From assembly GCA_004431415.1 (NCBI GenBank), contig QPMI01000121.1:124001-188000 (forward strand): DNA of 64,000 nucleotides, written 5' to 3'. The notes beneath the pieces were generated by a model. The model was not told where the DNA came from. It was given only the letters and a program-made list of their open reading frames with translations, and did no database searches. Below are positions 53,390 through 64,000 of the stretch, in pieces. This DNA comes from Cyanophora paradoxa CCMP329. Its lineage: Eukaryota > Plantae > Glaucophyta. Positions within the stretch are counted from its first letter, which is position 1; each line of letters starts with the position of its first letter. Both the position numbers and the translations under genes were made by a program.

Positions 53390-54012
53390 TATACGAGTCG
53401 CCGACTCGCTGAAATTCGTGAAATTCGTTGAAACGGTGCGTGAAAAAAACGATATGAACAGCGACACAAAAACCGTTTTTTTTCAGTACACACAAATATG
53501 GATAGGATCCGGAGAAATTCGGAAGTTTAATTTGTGAATCATGGCATGCACATGCATGTGATATCGATGCATGAACGGTGGTGGTCCTGGTGGATCATCC
53601 GATACTGTTCGCCAAACGTTCAACGGTTTATCGCGCTGACTATTAATCACCGAGACTCTGGATTTCTCCTGTGGCGCCAATGCCGCGCGCGCCATACAAA
53701 AGCGGCAGTTTACCGGCGTTTAGCCCTACGGTCCGTAGTGACTCCCTACCCCTTGAGAATTGCCGCGGCTCTAACTTAGTGAATTGCCGAATTTATTCGG
53801 CTTCGAATTCTCAGCATGCAATTTACGGTCATTTAAAATTCCGGGCCGGGTCCTCCGCGGCCGACTCTCGTCGCCGAGTCGTCGGACCCTAAATCCAAGG
53901 CTCGGAGGGCCCGAGCCTCCGACTCCGACGCCCTCCTGGGAGGGCCGGAACTCGGGGCCCGGGCCCGGAGTCCCGGACTCCGGACTCCGGAGTCCGGAGT
54001 CGAGGGGGAGTC
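53390..54012. mobile_element. hAT-like MITE remnant(s)
   Basis: GTCGGACCCTA end at 53891 (TAGGG terminus on the minus strand) and CCGACTC/GAGTCG arrays like those at 23290-24066. The other TIR was not found. Confidence 0.4.
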
Positions 54013-54028
54013 TACTAGTACTAGTCTA

Positions 54029-54277
54029 CTGTAAACGTACTAATATCCGCCAGCGCTTTAATTCGACAAAACCCGAAAATCCTGTCGAAAATTAGTCCGC
54101 CAGCGTCTTGATTTCGACACCCTGCGACTTCGCCATAGAGAGGTCAGCCGCTGCTACCCCTCTCTCCATACAAAGGCTTAATTCGCCAGGCTGACGCCAG
54201 CGTCAAATATTCGACAGCGCGAGGGTCTGGCGAATATAGTCGAAATTAAACGCTGGCGGAAATTCGTACGTTGACAG
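54029..54277. mobile_element. MITE with ~40-bp imperfect TIRs and TA flanks (Tc1/mariner-like)
   Basis: TA|CTGTAAACGTACTAATATCCGCCAGCG ... CGCTGGCGGAAATTCGTACGTTGACAG|TA. Confidence 0.8.
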
Positions 54278-54349
54278 TAGTAGCTGTCCTCCAATGGACC
54301 TCCACTGCACTGGGAGACAGAAATTAAGTTTACCATATGGTAAACTTAG

Positions 54350-54506
54350 GGGGTGGTAAAGGTGTGCCGTTTGCGTTACCACACGGTAAAGTCAGGGTGG
54401 TAAAGTTGGGGTGGTAAAGTTGGGGTGGTAAAGTTGGGGTGGTAAAGTCAGGGTGGTAAAGTTGGGGTGGTAAAGTCAGGGTGGTAAAGTTGGGGTGGTA
54501 AAGTCA
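54350..54506 (+). repeat. 14-bp subterminal tandem repeat GGGTGGTAAAGT(TG/CA)
   Basis: About 9-10 units directly inside the CACTG end, plus palindrome AAGTTTACCATATGGTAAACTT. Confidence 0.9.
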
Positions 54507-54758
54507 GGGGGGGGGGTGTAGCGTTTCGGTGCAGCGGTTCGTTTTTTTTTACTGTTTTTTTATTTTTTTTGTCAATGCTATCTATATCAATCCATCTGGG
54601 AGAGACACTGCGCACGATGTGCTCTATTCTATCTAATCGGTATGATGTTTGCTCATGCTTTGAGTTCCTGGAATCTGGGACGGAATTCTTCTTAGCTGGA
54701 CGGGTGGACATGGGCCCGGGGTGTGCGCATGCGGGCAGGCAGGATGAGCACCAGATCA

Positions 54759-57700
54759 TTACTCCAGCTCATCTTGACCAATCTGGCTGCGGCGCGCAGT
54801 TATCTCGTCCTCGTCCGACGACATGCCGGACTCATCGACATCAGGAATATTTGGTGCCACTGCTGCAGATGATTGCCCCATGGCAAGTGAGGCCAGGACG
54901 TCCAGTCGCTCTGAACGTGATGAAGATTCTTGCTGAAGTTTCGCGTCCATTGCAGTCTCATCCTGCATCATGGTGTTGCAGCTCCGACACAAGGAGAGGA
55001 AAGTAAAAGAGTGAACGAACCTGGAGACGGACATTAGCGTCCTTGAAGAAACGACCGTAATCGGCAGTCGCTCTTTCGAACTCGGGATTCTGAACGCGAT
55101 GGAGCGAAGAATCGGCTTCAAATCGGCGCGCGATCTCTGCCTCATCAGCCTCGTCCTGTCGATGGCGAGATTGCTGCTCGACCTGCTCAGCCTGAAGCTT
55201 CTTCGTGTCCCCGTCATTCGAATTCTGACTGTCTTGTGTGGCTGCTTCCGTCTTTTTCCTCATCTCCTCCTCCTCCTGCTGCCTCTTGTCCTTCCGCGCT
55301 TCCCTGTCAGCTTCAAAGGCTTCGCGGTACACCCATTGCTCAATGACCCAGTCTTCAGGCACATGAATCTACGGAATCATGGGTCAAGTGCTTGCCGTCC
55401 AGTATTTTCATATACTTAAGCTTCTTACCACGTCACTGCGACTCTTTGCCAGCAAATCGTGCAGCTTGTTGCTTGAGCCGAATCCGAGCTTATCAGCGAC
55501 CAAAGTCGGTGGCGTCGGCGAAACTCCAAGCCAGTATGCCCTGAACAAAAGACGTCAAACAAGTCGCGGAATTTTGCATTATTGATGCGCAGTCACATCA
55601 TATCCTGATCCGCGACTGTGTCTTTCAGAGGAGTATACACTTCCGTAGGATGGATACTCTTGAAGATCGTATTCTTGCAAGCATGGCGCGTACCTGCGTT
55701 GGAGAATCATAAAACTAATGCTAGATTGCGAGAAAGACAACAACTGAAAGGCGCACGACCCCCAAACATGAAATGGCCTGGCTTCGTGCGGAATCCGAGG
55801 AAAGCGGGAACAAGGAAGCCTTTCTCGGTCTTCTCCCAGTGCGTTACGACAACGCCGTCAGCGGTCCGCTCCTCGAGATTGTATTCCAGCCGGAGGTCAG
55901 AACGAATAGCATCTTCTGACCAGAAGGGAGGCTCGGACTCGTGAACGTTTCCAGATCCCGGCTGGCGGCGGGCGGCTGAAACAGGGAGTTTGACGAGGAC
56001 CCGCTGGTTCCGGTCCCCTTTTTCCTCGTTGTGCACTTTATGCGAGTCGAAATCCAAGTCTTCTTTGAGCTTGAGAGCAGCTTGCACATCACGACGGAGT
56101 CGCTGGTCATCCGTCTTGCTTCGCTTGGCTTTCGGAGCATCCAGCTGCGGCGTATGCAAGTTAATGAGTAGACAAACGTAACCGGCGAGTATCACCCACA
56201 CCGCCGATGACGAGCTGGAATTCAGCGAATCTTGATCAGACCCCCCCCCCCCCCCCCCCTCTCTCTCTCTCTGTCTCTCACTGAAAAGAAAACCCCGAAA
56301 GAAGACACTCGAAAACCGCATTAAATAGAGAAGCAAACAGGCGCAAATGCAAATGCAATGCAACGCAAAGCGGCAATTGAGACGCAAGTGAATTCGCAAG
56401 TGTGACTTGAATGACTGGGTCCATCTCGAGCACCTAGCTGCACCGGTCAGGTTGCCGGGTTGCTGACCTGCCCGTGCACGTGGCGACTTCCTCTCTTTGC
56501 AGAAGCCCGGGCGCACGCCGTCCATCTCGAGCACCTAGCTGCACCGGTCAGGTTGCCGGGTTGCTGACCTGCCCGTGCACGTGGCGACTTCCTCTCTTTG
56601 CAGAAGCCCGGGCGCACGCCGTCCATCTCGAGCACCTAGCTGCACCGGTCAGGTTGCCGGGTTGCGGACCTGCCCGTGCACGTGGCGACTTCCTCTCTTT
56701 GCAGAAGCCCGGGCGCACGCCGTCCATCTCGAACACCTAGCTGCACCGGTCAGGTTGCCGGGTTGCGGACCTGCCCGTGCACGTGGCGACTTCCTCTCTT
56801 TGCAGAAGCCCGGGCGCACGCCGTCCATCTCGAACACCTAGCTGCACCGGTCAGGTTGCCGGGTTGCGGACCTGCCCGTGCACGTGGCGACTTCCTCTCT
56901 TTGCAGAAGCCCGGGCGCACGCCGTCCATCTCGAACACCTAGCTGCACCGGTCAGGTTGCCGGGTTGCTGACCTGCCCGTGCACGTGGCGACTTCCTCTC
57001 TTTGCAGAAGCCCGGGCGCACGCCGTCCATCTCGAGCACCTAGCTGCACCGGTCAGGTTGCCGGGTTGCTGACCTGCCCGTGCACGTGGCGACTTCCTCT
57101 CTTTGCAGAGGCCCGGGCGCACGCCGTCCATCTCGAGCACCTAGCTGCACCGGTCAGGTTGCCGGGTTGCGGACCTGCCCGTGCACGTGGCGACTTCCTC
57201 TCTTTGCAGAGGCCCGGGCGCACGCCGTCCATCTCGAACACCTAGCTGCACCGGTCAGGTTGCCGGGTTGCGGACCTGGCTCTGTCAATAATGGCTCCGA
57301 TGGTGTTCTGCAAAAACGCAAGCGCGAGAGCAGTGTGCAGGCACATGTATCTATGAACAACTAGATAGATGGAAAGAAAGGATGAAGAGCAAAGACAGCG
57401 GGTGAAGAGACATTGATTGACAGAGGGCACACGTTTTTCACAGAGGCGTCGTCGCCATCGTCGTCCTGATCCCTGTTCATTGAAGAAACGCAAATCATTA
57501 GTAACATATATATATTGACACAACGGAGGAGAAATCGCTCACTGATCTCTTGAGCTTCGAGCCCTCCTCCCTCCTCCTCCACCCCCTTGCACTTGTTTCC
57601 CCTTGCTGCCCGCGCCAGTTTGCTTGCTTACGGATGCAGATGCCTTGTTCCTCGGCTTCTTGGAGGCTACAGCACTATTGGCTTCGGTCTCCTCCTGCAT

Positions 57701-59830
57701 GTATGCTCGTTACAGATTCGATTTAAGGAATCGATAAAATTACGAAAGAACGGACGTGATCCATCAGAAGCAGGCCAGATGTTGGCTCGGATGCATTTGT
57801 GTCAACAGTGCTCTTTTGAAGAAGATTCCCTGCCCAGAAAATCGCTCGTTTCGCTCCGTTCGCCACTTGCATAGTCGGCTGCACCGGGACTGCAGTCATG
57901 AAACTAGCAACGAAAACGACCTTGGAAAGGTTACGTGACTTACAACCTGCGCGGCGCCAATCAGTCCAGTTGCACGTGATGTGCACAATCATAGAATCCT
58001 GACTGACCAGCTGCACCGTGATCTCTTTTGCGACGCCTTTCTTCATGTAGAAGTATGGAATCCGTTTCGGAACCCATCTTGGAGTGACAGATGTCACGAC
58101 AACCAGATCGTGGGCGCTCTGTGTGGCATCGCGAAGGGCCTCGTCATGACAACACGATTACTGGCGTTCACGAGGAAGCATTCAACGCATGCACCTCCTC
58201 CACTTGGAACAGGTTGGCCCGTGCAAGCTGCGGATTGACAAAAGATAAATCCACTCGGCCGACGTACAACCCTGTCCCGACTATCTCGGCTGTCGCATTC
58301 GGAGCCCCAGCGTGCATCAAGTCCACAAGCTCGAACTTTTTGAAGCGCATTAGACTGTCAGGAACCGCTTCCGGTGCAGTAAGGAACGGATTCACTGCGA
58401 AACGAAATCAGGTACGTCGAGATGTCGAATAATAAACGAGAAGTACTGAAGTCTCCGGGGCTGATGATCTGCTTAGAGAACTTTTCAACCTCTTTTGCCC
58501 GCTGAACTTCTTGGTGCAGCAGGCGTTTCATCTTTTTCGGGCCATTATACAAGGTTGCACCGTTCTGTCGCAAGAATGAGAACAATTTGGACAGCGCTTT
58601 AAAAATAATGGCTGGCACACAGCCACAGTTGTCCTCCATTCCGTGCTGCGACTTTGAACAAGATATCTCACATGACTCTTGAGCCAATCCATCGCAAGCT
58701 TTTCCGTGTACGGCTCCTGACGTGCGGGTGGCGGCGACTGATGATTAGGAAAACAAAAATATGAACCGGTGCTGGAGTTCCGTCAGGAACTCCTTCAGGA
58801 TAAACGCCGTTTGCCGTCATCGTGCAACAGGTGTACTTGAGGGCCAGAAGGATGCGTTGAATCAGCGCTGTGGCGGACAATCGGAATTCAAAAAGATATG
58901 ATATTCCGAAAAAGCGATTCGCACGGCTGAACGATGCCTTCATCTCAGCCCAAATGGGTTGCCCGAGTGCGTCCCAAATGGCCTGAAGATATACCAAGAA
59001 ATTGATACGAATAAAAGGAGACCGAGCATTGTGAACGAAGACTCGAGGATTCGTTTCGTCGCGCTTTCCGAGAAAAGAGAAGCCTGAGCGTGGTTGGGCG
59101 TTTTGCGATGGCCGGAAAGCAACCGAATTGAAATCCGAACCCAGCGGGACGTCCACGCAATTAACGCCCACAGGAAGCGTAGTGTCGTAGTTGTTTTCTC
59201 TGAGCTTCGCGAAGAGTGCAAGAAGAGCTTCACGCTGTGCATTCGGTACGACACGGATTTCATCAACGAATGAATCCAAGAACGGTCATGAAGAAAGCGA
59301 ACGGCCAAGGCGGATGACTGGTTTCTGCGACTCTGGTATTCAACGGTCCCAATCAGAAGTCTCACTGAAGCCTCCAGCTTCGCCGTGAAATCTGCAGGGA
59401 CTTGTGGACGGCCACTGAAGATCGTGTTCGAGACGTCTGCGGCTTTGATCATGCTTTGATTATGTGTGTGTTGGCTTTGAGATCCGCACCAAAAACGCTC
59501 ATAATATCGTTGACAAAAAACTGCACTTGAAGAGGCCAAAGCTCCTCTGGATCGTTTGCAGGCTTCCTGAGAACCGTAGCTGTTTGTGAGAGCGTAAGTA
59601 TTCCAATGGGCGATTGAAAACAGCAATCGAGTTCACCCCACGCGTTGACTTTACTGCGGCTGCTCGAAAGGCGGTGCGCAGCGAGGCTCGCGTATGAGTT
59701 CTCCTTCTCCGACCCCTCGCGATCGGAGCCTTCGTTGTTGTTCTCATCGCTCTTCAAAAGGATTGCTGTCGACGATTTGCCGACTGAATTCAAGCTCTCT
59801 TCCGTCGGAATCTGCACTTCCCATCAGCTA
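54759..59830 (-). CDS. Multi-exon hypothetical protein(s) inside the CACTA element
   Basis: Chain of minus-strand exons with phase-compatible splice sites (e.g. EETEANSAV..RD|QDQDDDG..KN|NTIGAIIDRA|SERQRE..SSA|LDAPKAKRS..HFMFG; PEDWVIEQWVYREAFE). No domain recognised; may be more than one gene. Confidence 0.5.
56419..57277. repeat. 101-bp tandem repeat, ~8.5 near-identical copies, probably intronic
   Basis: Unit GTCCATCTCGAGCACCTAGC..GGGCGCACGCC. Copies differ only at about 3 sites and there are no spacers. Confidence 0.95.
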
Positions 59831-59867
59831 ACGATAGCGAAACTCTTCAACAGAACCACATTTCGAG

Positions 59868-59947
59868 CAGCAGTTTTCGCTGAATTCAAAGTCGAAGCAG
59901 TTTTCGCTGAATACAAAGTCGAAGCAGTTTTCGCTGAATACAAAGTC
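59868..59947. repeat. 27-bp tandem repeat x3
   Basis: GCAGTTTTCGCTGAAT(T/A)CAAAGTCGAA. Confidence 0.85.
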
Positions 59948-60069
59948 TGCTTTCACGAAAAAATGGGCGTAAGCGTCGCGGAGGAACAAAATTGCAGACA
60001 TAGAGAAAGACAGCACCTTCAAATGACCTCTCCCTTCAGCAGTCTGAGGGCAAAGCATCGACCAGATTT

Positions 60070-61260
60070 TTAGCAATCGGCAGTATCGAAATCGAAAAAG
60101 TGAAACAGCAGAAAGACACCTTCAGCGAAGAAAGAATCGCAGCCTCCTGTACAATATTTCCGCCAGAGGAGGATGCTTCCTGAAAGCAACAGCAACGGCA
60201 AACGTTTCAGCACTCGGGCATCAGCATTCGAACGCTCGAATTGCCGAAAGACACCGTCAAAGGAGTTCTGGAGCGGCCGCCAGAGGAGTTTTCGGGCTGC
60301 AAATGAGAAGAAAGCTCTTGGCATCGGCTTTCAAGTCCTGAAAGCGCTGGGATGCATGCACACCGCTGGAACGGGAGTCGACGCGTGCGCGGACTTCGGT
60401 TCGAGGCCTTTGCTTCGGTTTCCACAGCTCGGGACCTTTCCAATACCTGAACATGTAGTATTAGCTGTGATTTCTGCGGGGTCGAAGTAGCCTGCGTACA
60501 TTCAACGCAAGTATTTCTGGCCAGAGTGTGTTTCCTGGCCGCTTCTTGACTCTCTTCCAGAAGAGCATCAACATTTGAAGGATCCATCTCAACTTCGTCT
60601 GCCAGCAAGTCACAGGAGCTGTACGGGGAATTATCATTTCGCAAGACAGCTTCGTTTTTCCAAAACGGATGCGCACGTGATTGAGGCCAAGCGTTTATCG
60701 ATGCCGCGAACATGCCGAACAGCAGCAAAAAGCTCTCTTACGCTTTTCATCGCGTCGTCGAGAACAGACGGAATGACGATTTTGCCAGATATCGGCACCA
60801 CTCCGTTCACAGCTTCGACTGCAGCTAGAAAAGCTCGTTCAACCTCCAAAAACCTGTTTGGAACCAGGCCCGTTGGTCTGATCGCGACGATTGCATAGCT
60901 ATAGAAAGGAATCTAACGAGGGCGCACGTTTTCGTATCATAGTTCATGTGCACGGCCGCGGGTTCTGCACGTCCACAATCTCTGCGCAGATTATCACACG
61001 TTTGCAACTGCGGCATATCCACAGCGTACGCGTACTCATAGACTTTCTGGAGCTCATCGAACAACGCAGTCCTCGCCTTGAACACATTTGCTTTCAGCGC
61101 TACGATTACTGCGCAGGGTTGGTAGGCTTGGTAGAGCGCATGCACAGAAGCGTAACATAGTACAGGAATGCGCACCACTTGCAGAGCTAGCTGCCGCCGG
61201 GATCGCCGGCAACGCATGCACGCCACTGGTGCTCACTGGCGGCCGCTGGCTGGCCATTTG
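60070..61260 (-). CDS. Hypothetical multi-exon protein divergent from the transposase
   Basis: Exon-like frames (ANVFKARTALFDELQKVYEY.., VERAFLAAVEAVNGVVP.., LLADEVEMDPSNVDALLEE). Boundaries are uncertain. Confidence 0.4.
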
Positions 61261-61435
61261 GGCAGCCAAGTCTGCGAGACAGCGCTTAGTGACATTCTGT
61301 TGATGTCTCATCGCCCTGCTACAGGTGCGCATCTCATCGCTAGCGGCACACTACAGGTGGGCAGACTGGTGTTCCGGGCTTCGGAAAACTCCGATCGCAC
61401 TAGAACAAGACTAAGGACACTAAGGAGAGCTCCAG

Positions 61436-64000
61436 ATGCTTACGGATGGTCGAGATGCTCCACGCCGACGTTTTCAAACTGCGCAGTGTACCCCCCCGCC
61501 CGGGCGGGGGGGGGGGTGGAACTTGGAGGTGAAGCACCGCGGCATGCAGCGCTTAGAGCGACAGCGGTGCGAATGTCAGAAGTGTCAAGGCAAGTTAGTG
61601 CGCCCGGAGGTTTTCAATGCACATCAACTGCTAGCACACACCGGTTTCAGTAGCAGCGATCGGCAAGTCGAGTGCACTTGCTCGCGCTGCAACGGAAAGC
61701 GCGTCTCGTCTTGGGTGCAAAGGATACATTTGCATCTAGACAAATATGGATCCAGTCTAGTTGAGCAGGCTGCCCGGAGAGCTCCTGTAAGCGATTTCGT
61801 TCCTTTCGTAGCCGAAGTTCTTGACGTACCGGTACCGATCCCGACAATTTCGCTTCGAGCGGTACTGAGAAACAAAAGATCAGCAGCCTCGGCAGCACTT
61901 CAATGTGCAAGTACCGAGCCAGCTATAGGCAATTCGAAACGCAAACGTGTCAACAAGAAACTTGCTCATATGCTGCGAAGGTTGGGTAGATATCATGACC
62001 GTATTGGTCCTCAAGATACCGGCAATGAAGAAGAACCTGAATCACCTATCGTCAATGGCATCGATGGCGATGATCAACGTGATCATGATGAGCCTTTAGA
62101 CGACCCAGCCGCAAAGGAAGGCCAAGCGGACGACAAACCTGCAGACCAAGCTGGTCTGGATCAAGTGGAACAAGGCAATGAGTCGGATCATGATCAGGAC
62201 GCAGCGCTCGACGGTTCAGATGATGAATGCAATACCGATAGCCACAGTTTCTATTCTGAGCCTCTTTTCGAGGGCTGTAAAGTGACGGTGCGTGAAGCAT
62301 CATTGAATATATTGCATTATATCGGCTTGATTGGCTCTTACTGTTCTCTAGCGCATGGATTACATCACTTTTTGCCTCGCATTGAAGAAACGCTTTACAC
62401 AAGCACCTGTGGAGATGTTTGCATCAATCAATGCGGCTGTGTCTCTTATCATTGAGGGCCAGCGAACTGCAACGAAGCAGCTTGGGTCTTGGAAGAGAAT
62501 GGTTCGAGAAATCCAAGAATTCGTAGCGGTAAATGATCAACCACTCTCCTTTAATCAGCCTTTAACGTTCACGTTCGCCTGCTCAGCCCTCCGTCACTTT
62601 TAGGACGTGTGGGTATAAAGAGACGAAGCACAAGGTAGCGATTTGCAAGACAGTCTGGATGGAAGACGGGACTGTTCCTCCAAATACGCTCTGCGAGTGT
62701 GGCCAGTCCACCTATGCCGATGGTGTGGTGGGCTTCTATTTTGATCCGACCCGGAGTTTCCAGCAACTTCTCAACAGTCCGTCGTATTATCCCCGGTTCC
62801 AGTGCGTGCATTGGAATATTCCGATGCGGACAGGACTGATGAATTCGAAATGTACACAATGGCGTCCAGTTACGGCGTTCGCACAATACAGGTTGGGGGT
62901 GAACGTGTTCCAGATTACTACTTGCGGTCACAAGATTCCGACATCCAACAGCTCACTGGAGACTTTGTTCAGTCCAGACTGTTCGCAGCTCTTCACGAGG
63001 AGGGCTGCGTGCGCATTTCTGACGGCCTTGGAGTTGTGTGCGCATACTCTACAGATTCCGCAGTGACGCACAGCTGGTCAGTTCCACACCCACAGCTTAT
63101 TATGATTTCTGGGCTCTAATGGCGTGCTTCTAGGTCCCACGGCGGCTCTTTCACCCCTGTGTTTGTGATACCTATGTCTGCGCATCCTAATTGGCGGTGC
63201 GTGATCATGAGCTCCCTTCCGGCTTTTTCTCATTTCTCTCACATTGTTCCGCTCAGCACTGCGATGCAACGCCTTGTTTTTCTCATAGATGGGAAGCCGA
63301 GAAACTTTGATGGAATGTTCCGCGTATTCCTTACACCGTGGCTTGTTGCCAACCAGCCGCCATCCCCAGGAGTCCCCGCTCGTGAAAGCCAAGGGTTTGC
63401 AAGCGTCTCAATCTGTAACTTCCTTTCAATCTTTCAATACTGTTGTGCAGAGTGGGGTTTTGCAATCCTCTCACCGGCAAACCGGACAAAGCCTACTTCA
63501 CAATGGCTCTCAATATCGATGACCTCCCCGGATGCGCAACGGCATTTATGATAAGTTCGCGTAACGCATCCTTGCCCGGCTTTGTATTCAAGGACAGGCT
63601 TAACATTTCTGCAGCATCGCACAGTGGCGAGCATGGCCATCCGCTTCGCAAGGTGGATTTCTGGAAAACGCAAAGCAAAACCGCCGGGAAAAACATGTTT
63701 CAAGCACACGATCTCCCGCTCAAACACTGGATGCGGGAGTTATGCGCACTGACCAAGGATGATGATAAACCTCCATCCGCCCGAACGGACTACTGCATGG
63801 TGCATCGAGCCAACGGACCGAAAAGGTCACACTGCAGCTGTTCTGACGTCCTTCGGTACAGCGAGCCGACGGATATGCTGTAGAGATCCAACGCCAACGA
63901 TGGTTTCGGAGAGAGATTACGCAAACAGCGTTTGTGCAATTTGTGAAGACGCAAACCTTCGGTAAACGTTTAGTTATGGATATGAGTACACATCCTTCGA
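61436..64000 (+). CDS. En-Spm/CACTA TNP2-like transposase (intron-containing, 3'-incomplete)
   Basis: N-terminal CECQKC/CTCSRC, acidic linker, EPLFEGCKVTVRE, FYFDP..QLL, YSTD, SFTPVFVIPMSAHPNWR, GKPRNFDGMFRVFLTP and DDLPG. Motif order follows Transposase_21-type proteins (recognised by eye). Confidence 0.65.

Larger units (their letters stand above)
54308..64000. mobile_element. CACTA/En-Spm (CMC) DNA transposon, left part; runs off the window
   Basis: Starts CACTGGGAGACAGAAA, followed by a subterminal repeat array. Visibly lower GC than host genes; contains a TNP2-like transposase. Right end and TSD are not visible. Confidence 0.7.

Noticed and set aside
54350-54506. Telomeric repeat
   Set aside because: Short internal 14-bp array directly inside a CACTG terminus; better explained as transposon subterminal repeats.
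56419-57277. CRISPR array
   Set aside because: Contiguous tandem units with no unique spacers, no cas genes, eukaryotic context.

Overview
Eukaryotic, very GC-rich, intron-dense protist DNA with short spliceosomal introns (donors GTGCGC/GTCCGC/GTACCC plus many GC donors, CTRAC/CTCAC branch sites). A plastid-type FVxxVP N-terminus suggests a glaucophyte (inference). Most long ORFs in the supplied track are GC shadow frames. Supportable spliced genes: a membrane-anchored tandem zeta/beta-type carbonic-anhydrase-like protein (5'-truncated), an F-box/LRR protein, a large ankyrin-repeat protein, a giant filamin/Ig-repeat + VWA protein built from a young tandem array of phase-1 exon cassettes, GPR89/GTG, a small predicted plastid protein with three W-x4-W-x-P repeats, NDOR1 and a coiled-coil protein. 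There are two transposon graveyards (hAT MITE, TA-flanked MITE, Helentron-like elements) and the left ~9.7 kb of a CACTA/En-Spm element with cargo genes. The most striking signal is a pervasive, stereotyped micro-insertion: a triplet X becomes X-revcomp(X)-X (+6 bp), or X-c-revcomp(X)-g-X (+8 bp). It is demonstrable by comparing tandem-repeat copies, adds two codons in frame to proteins, and matches what hairpin-mediated excision of a 3-bp-TSD transposon would leave. Gene models were hand-spliced, so internal boundaries are approximate.
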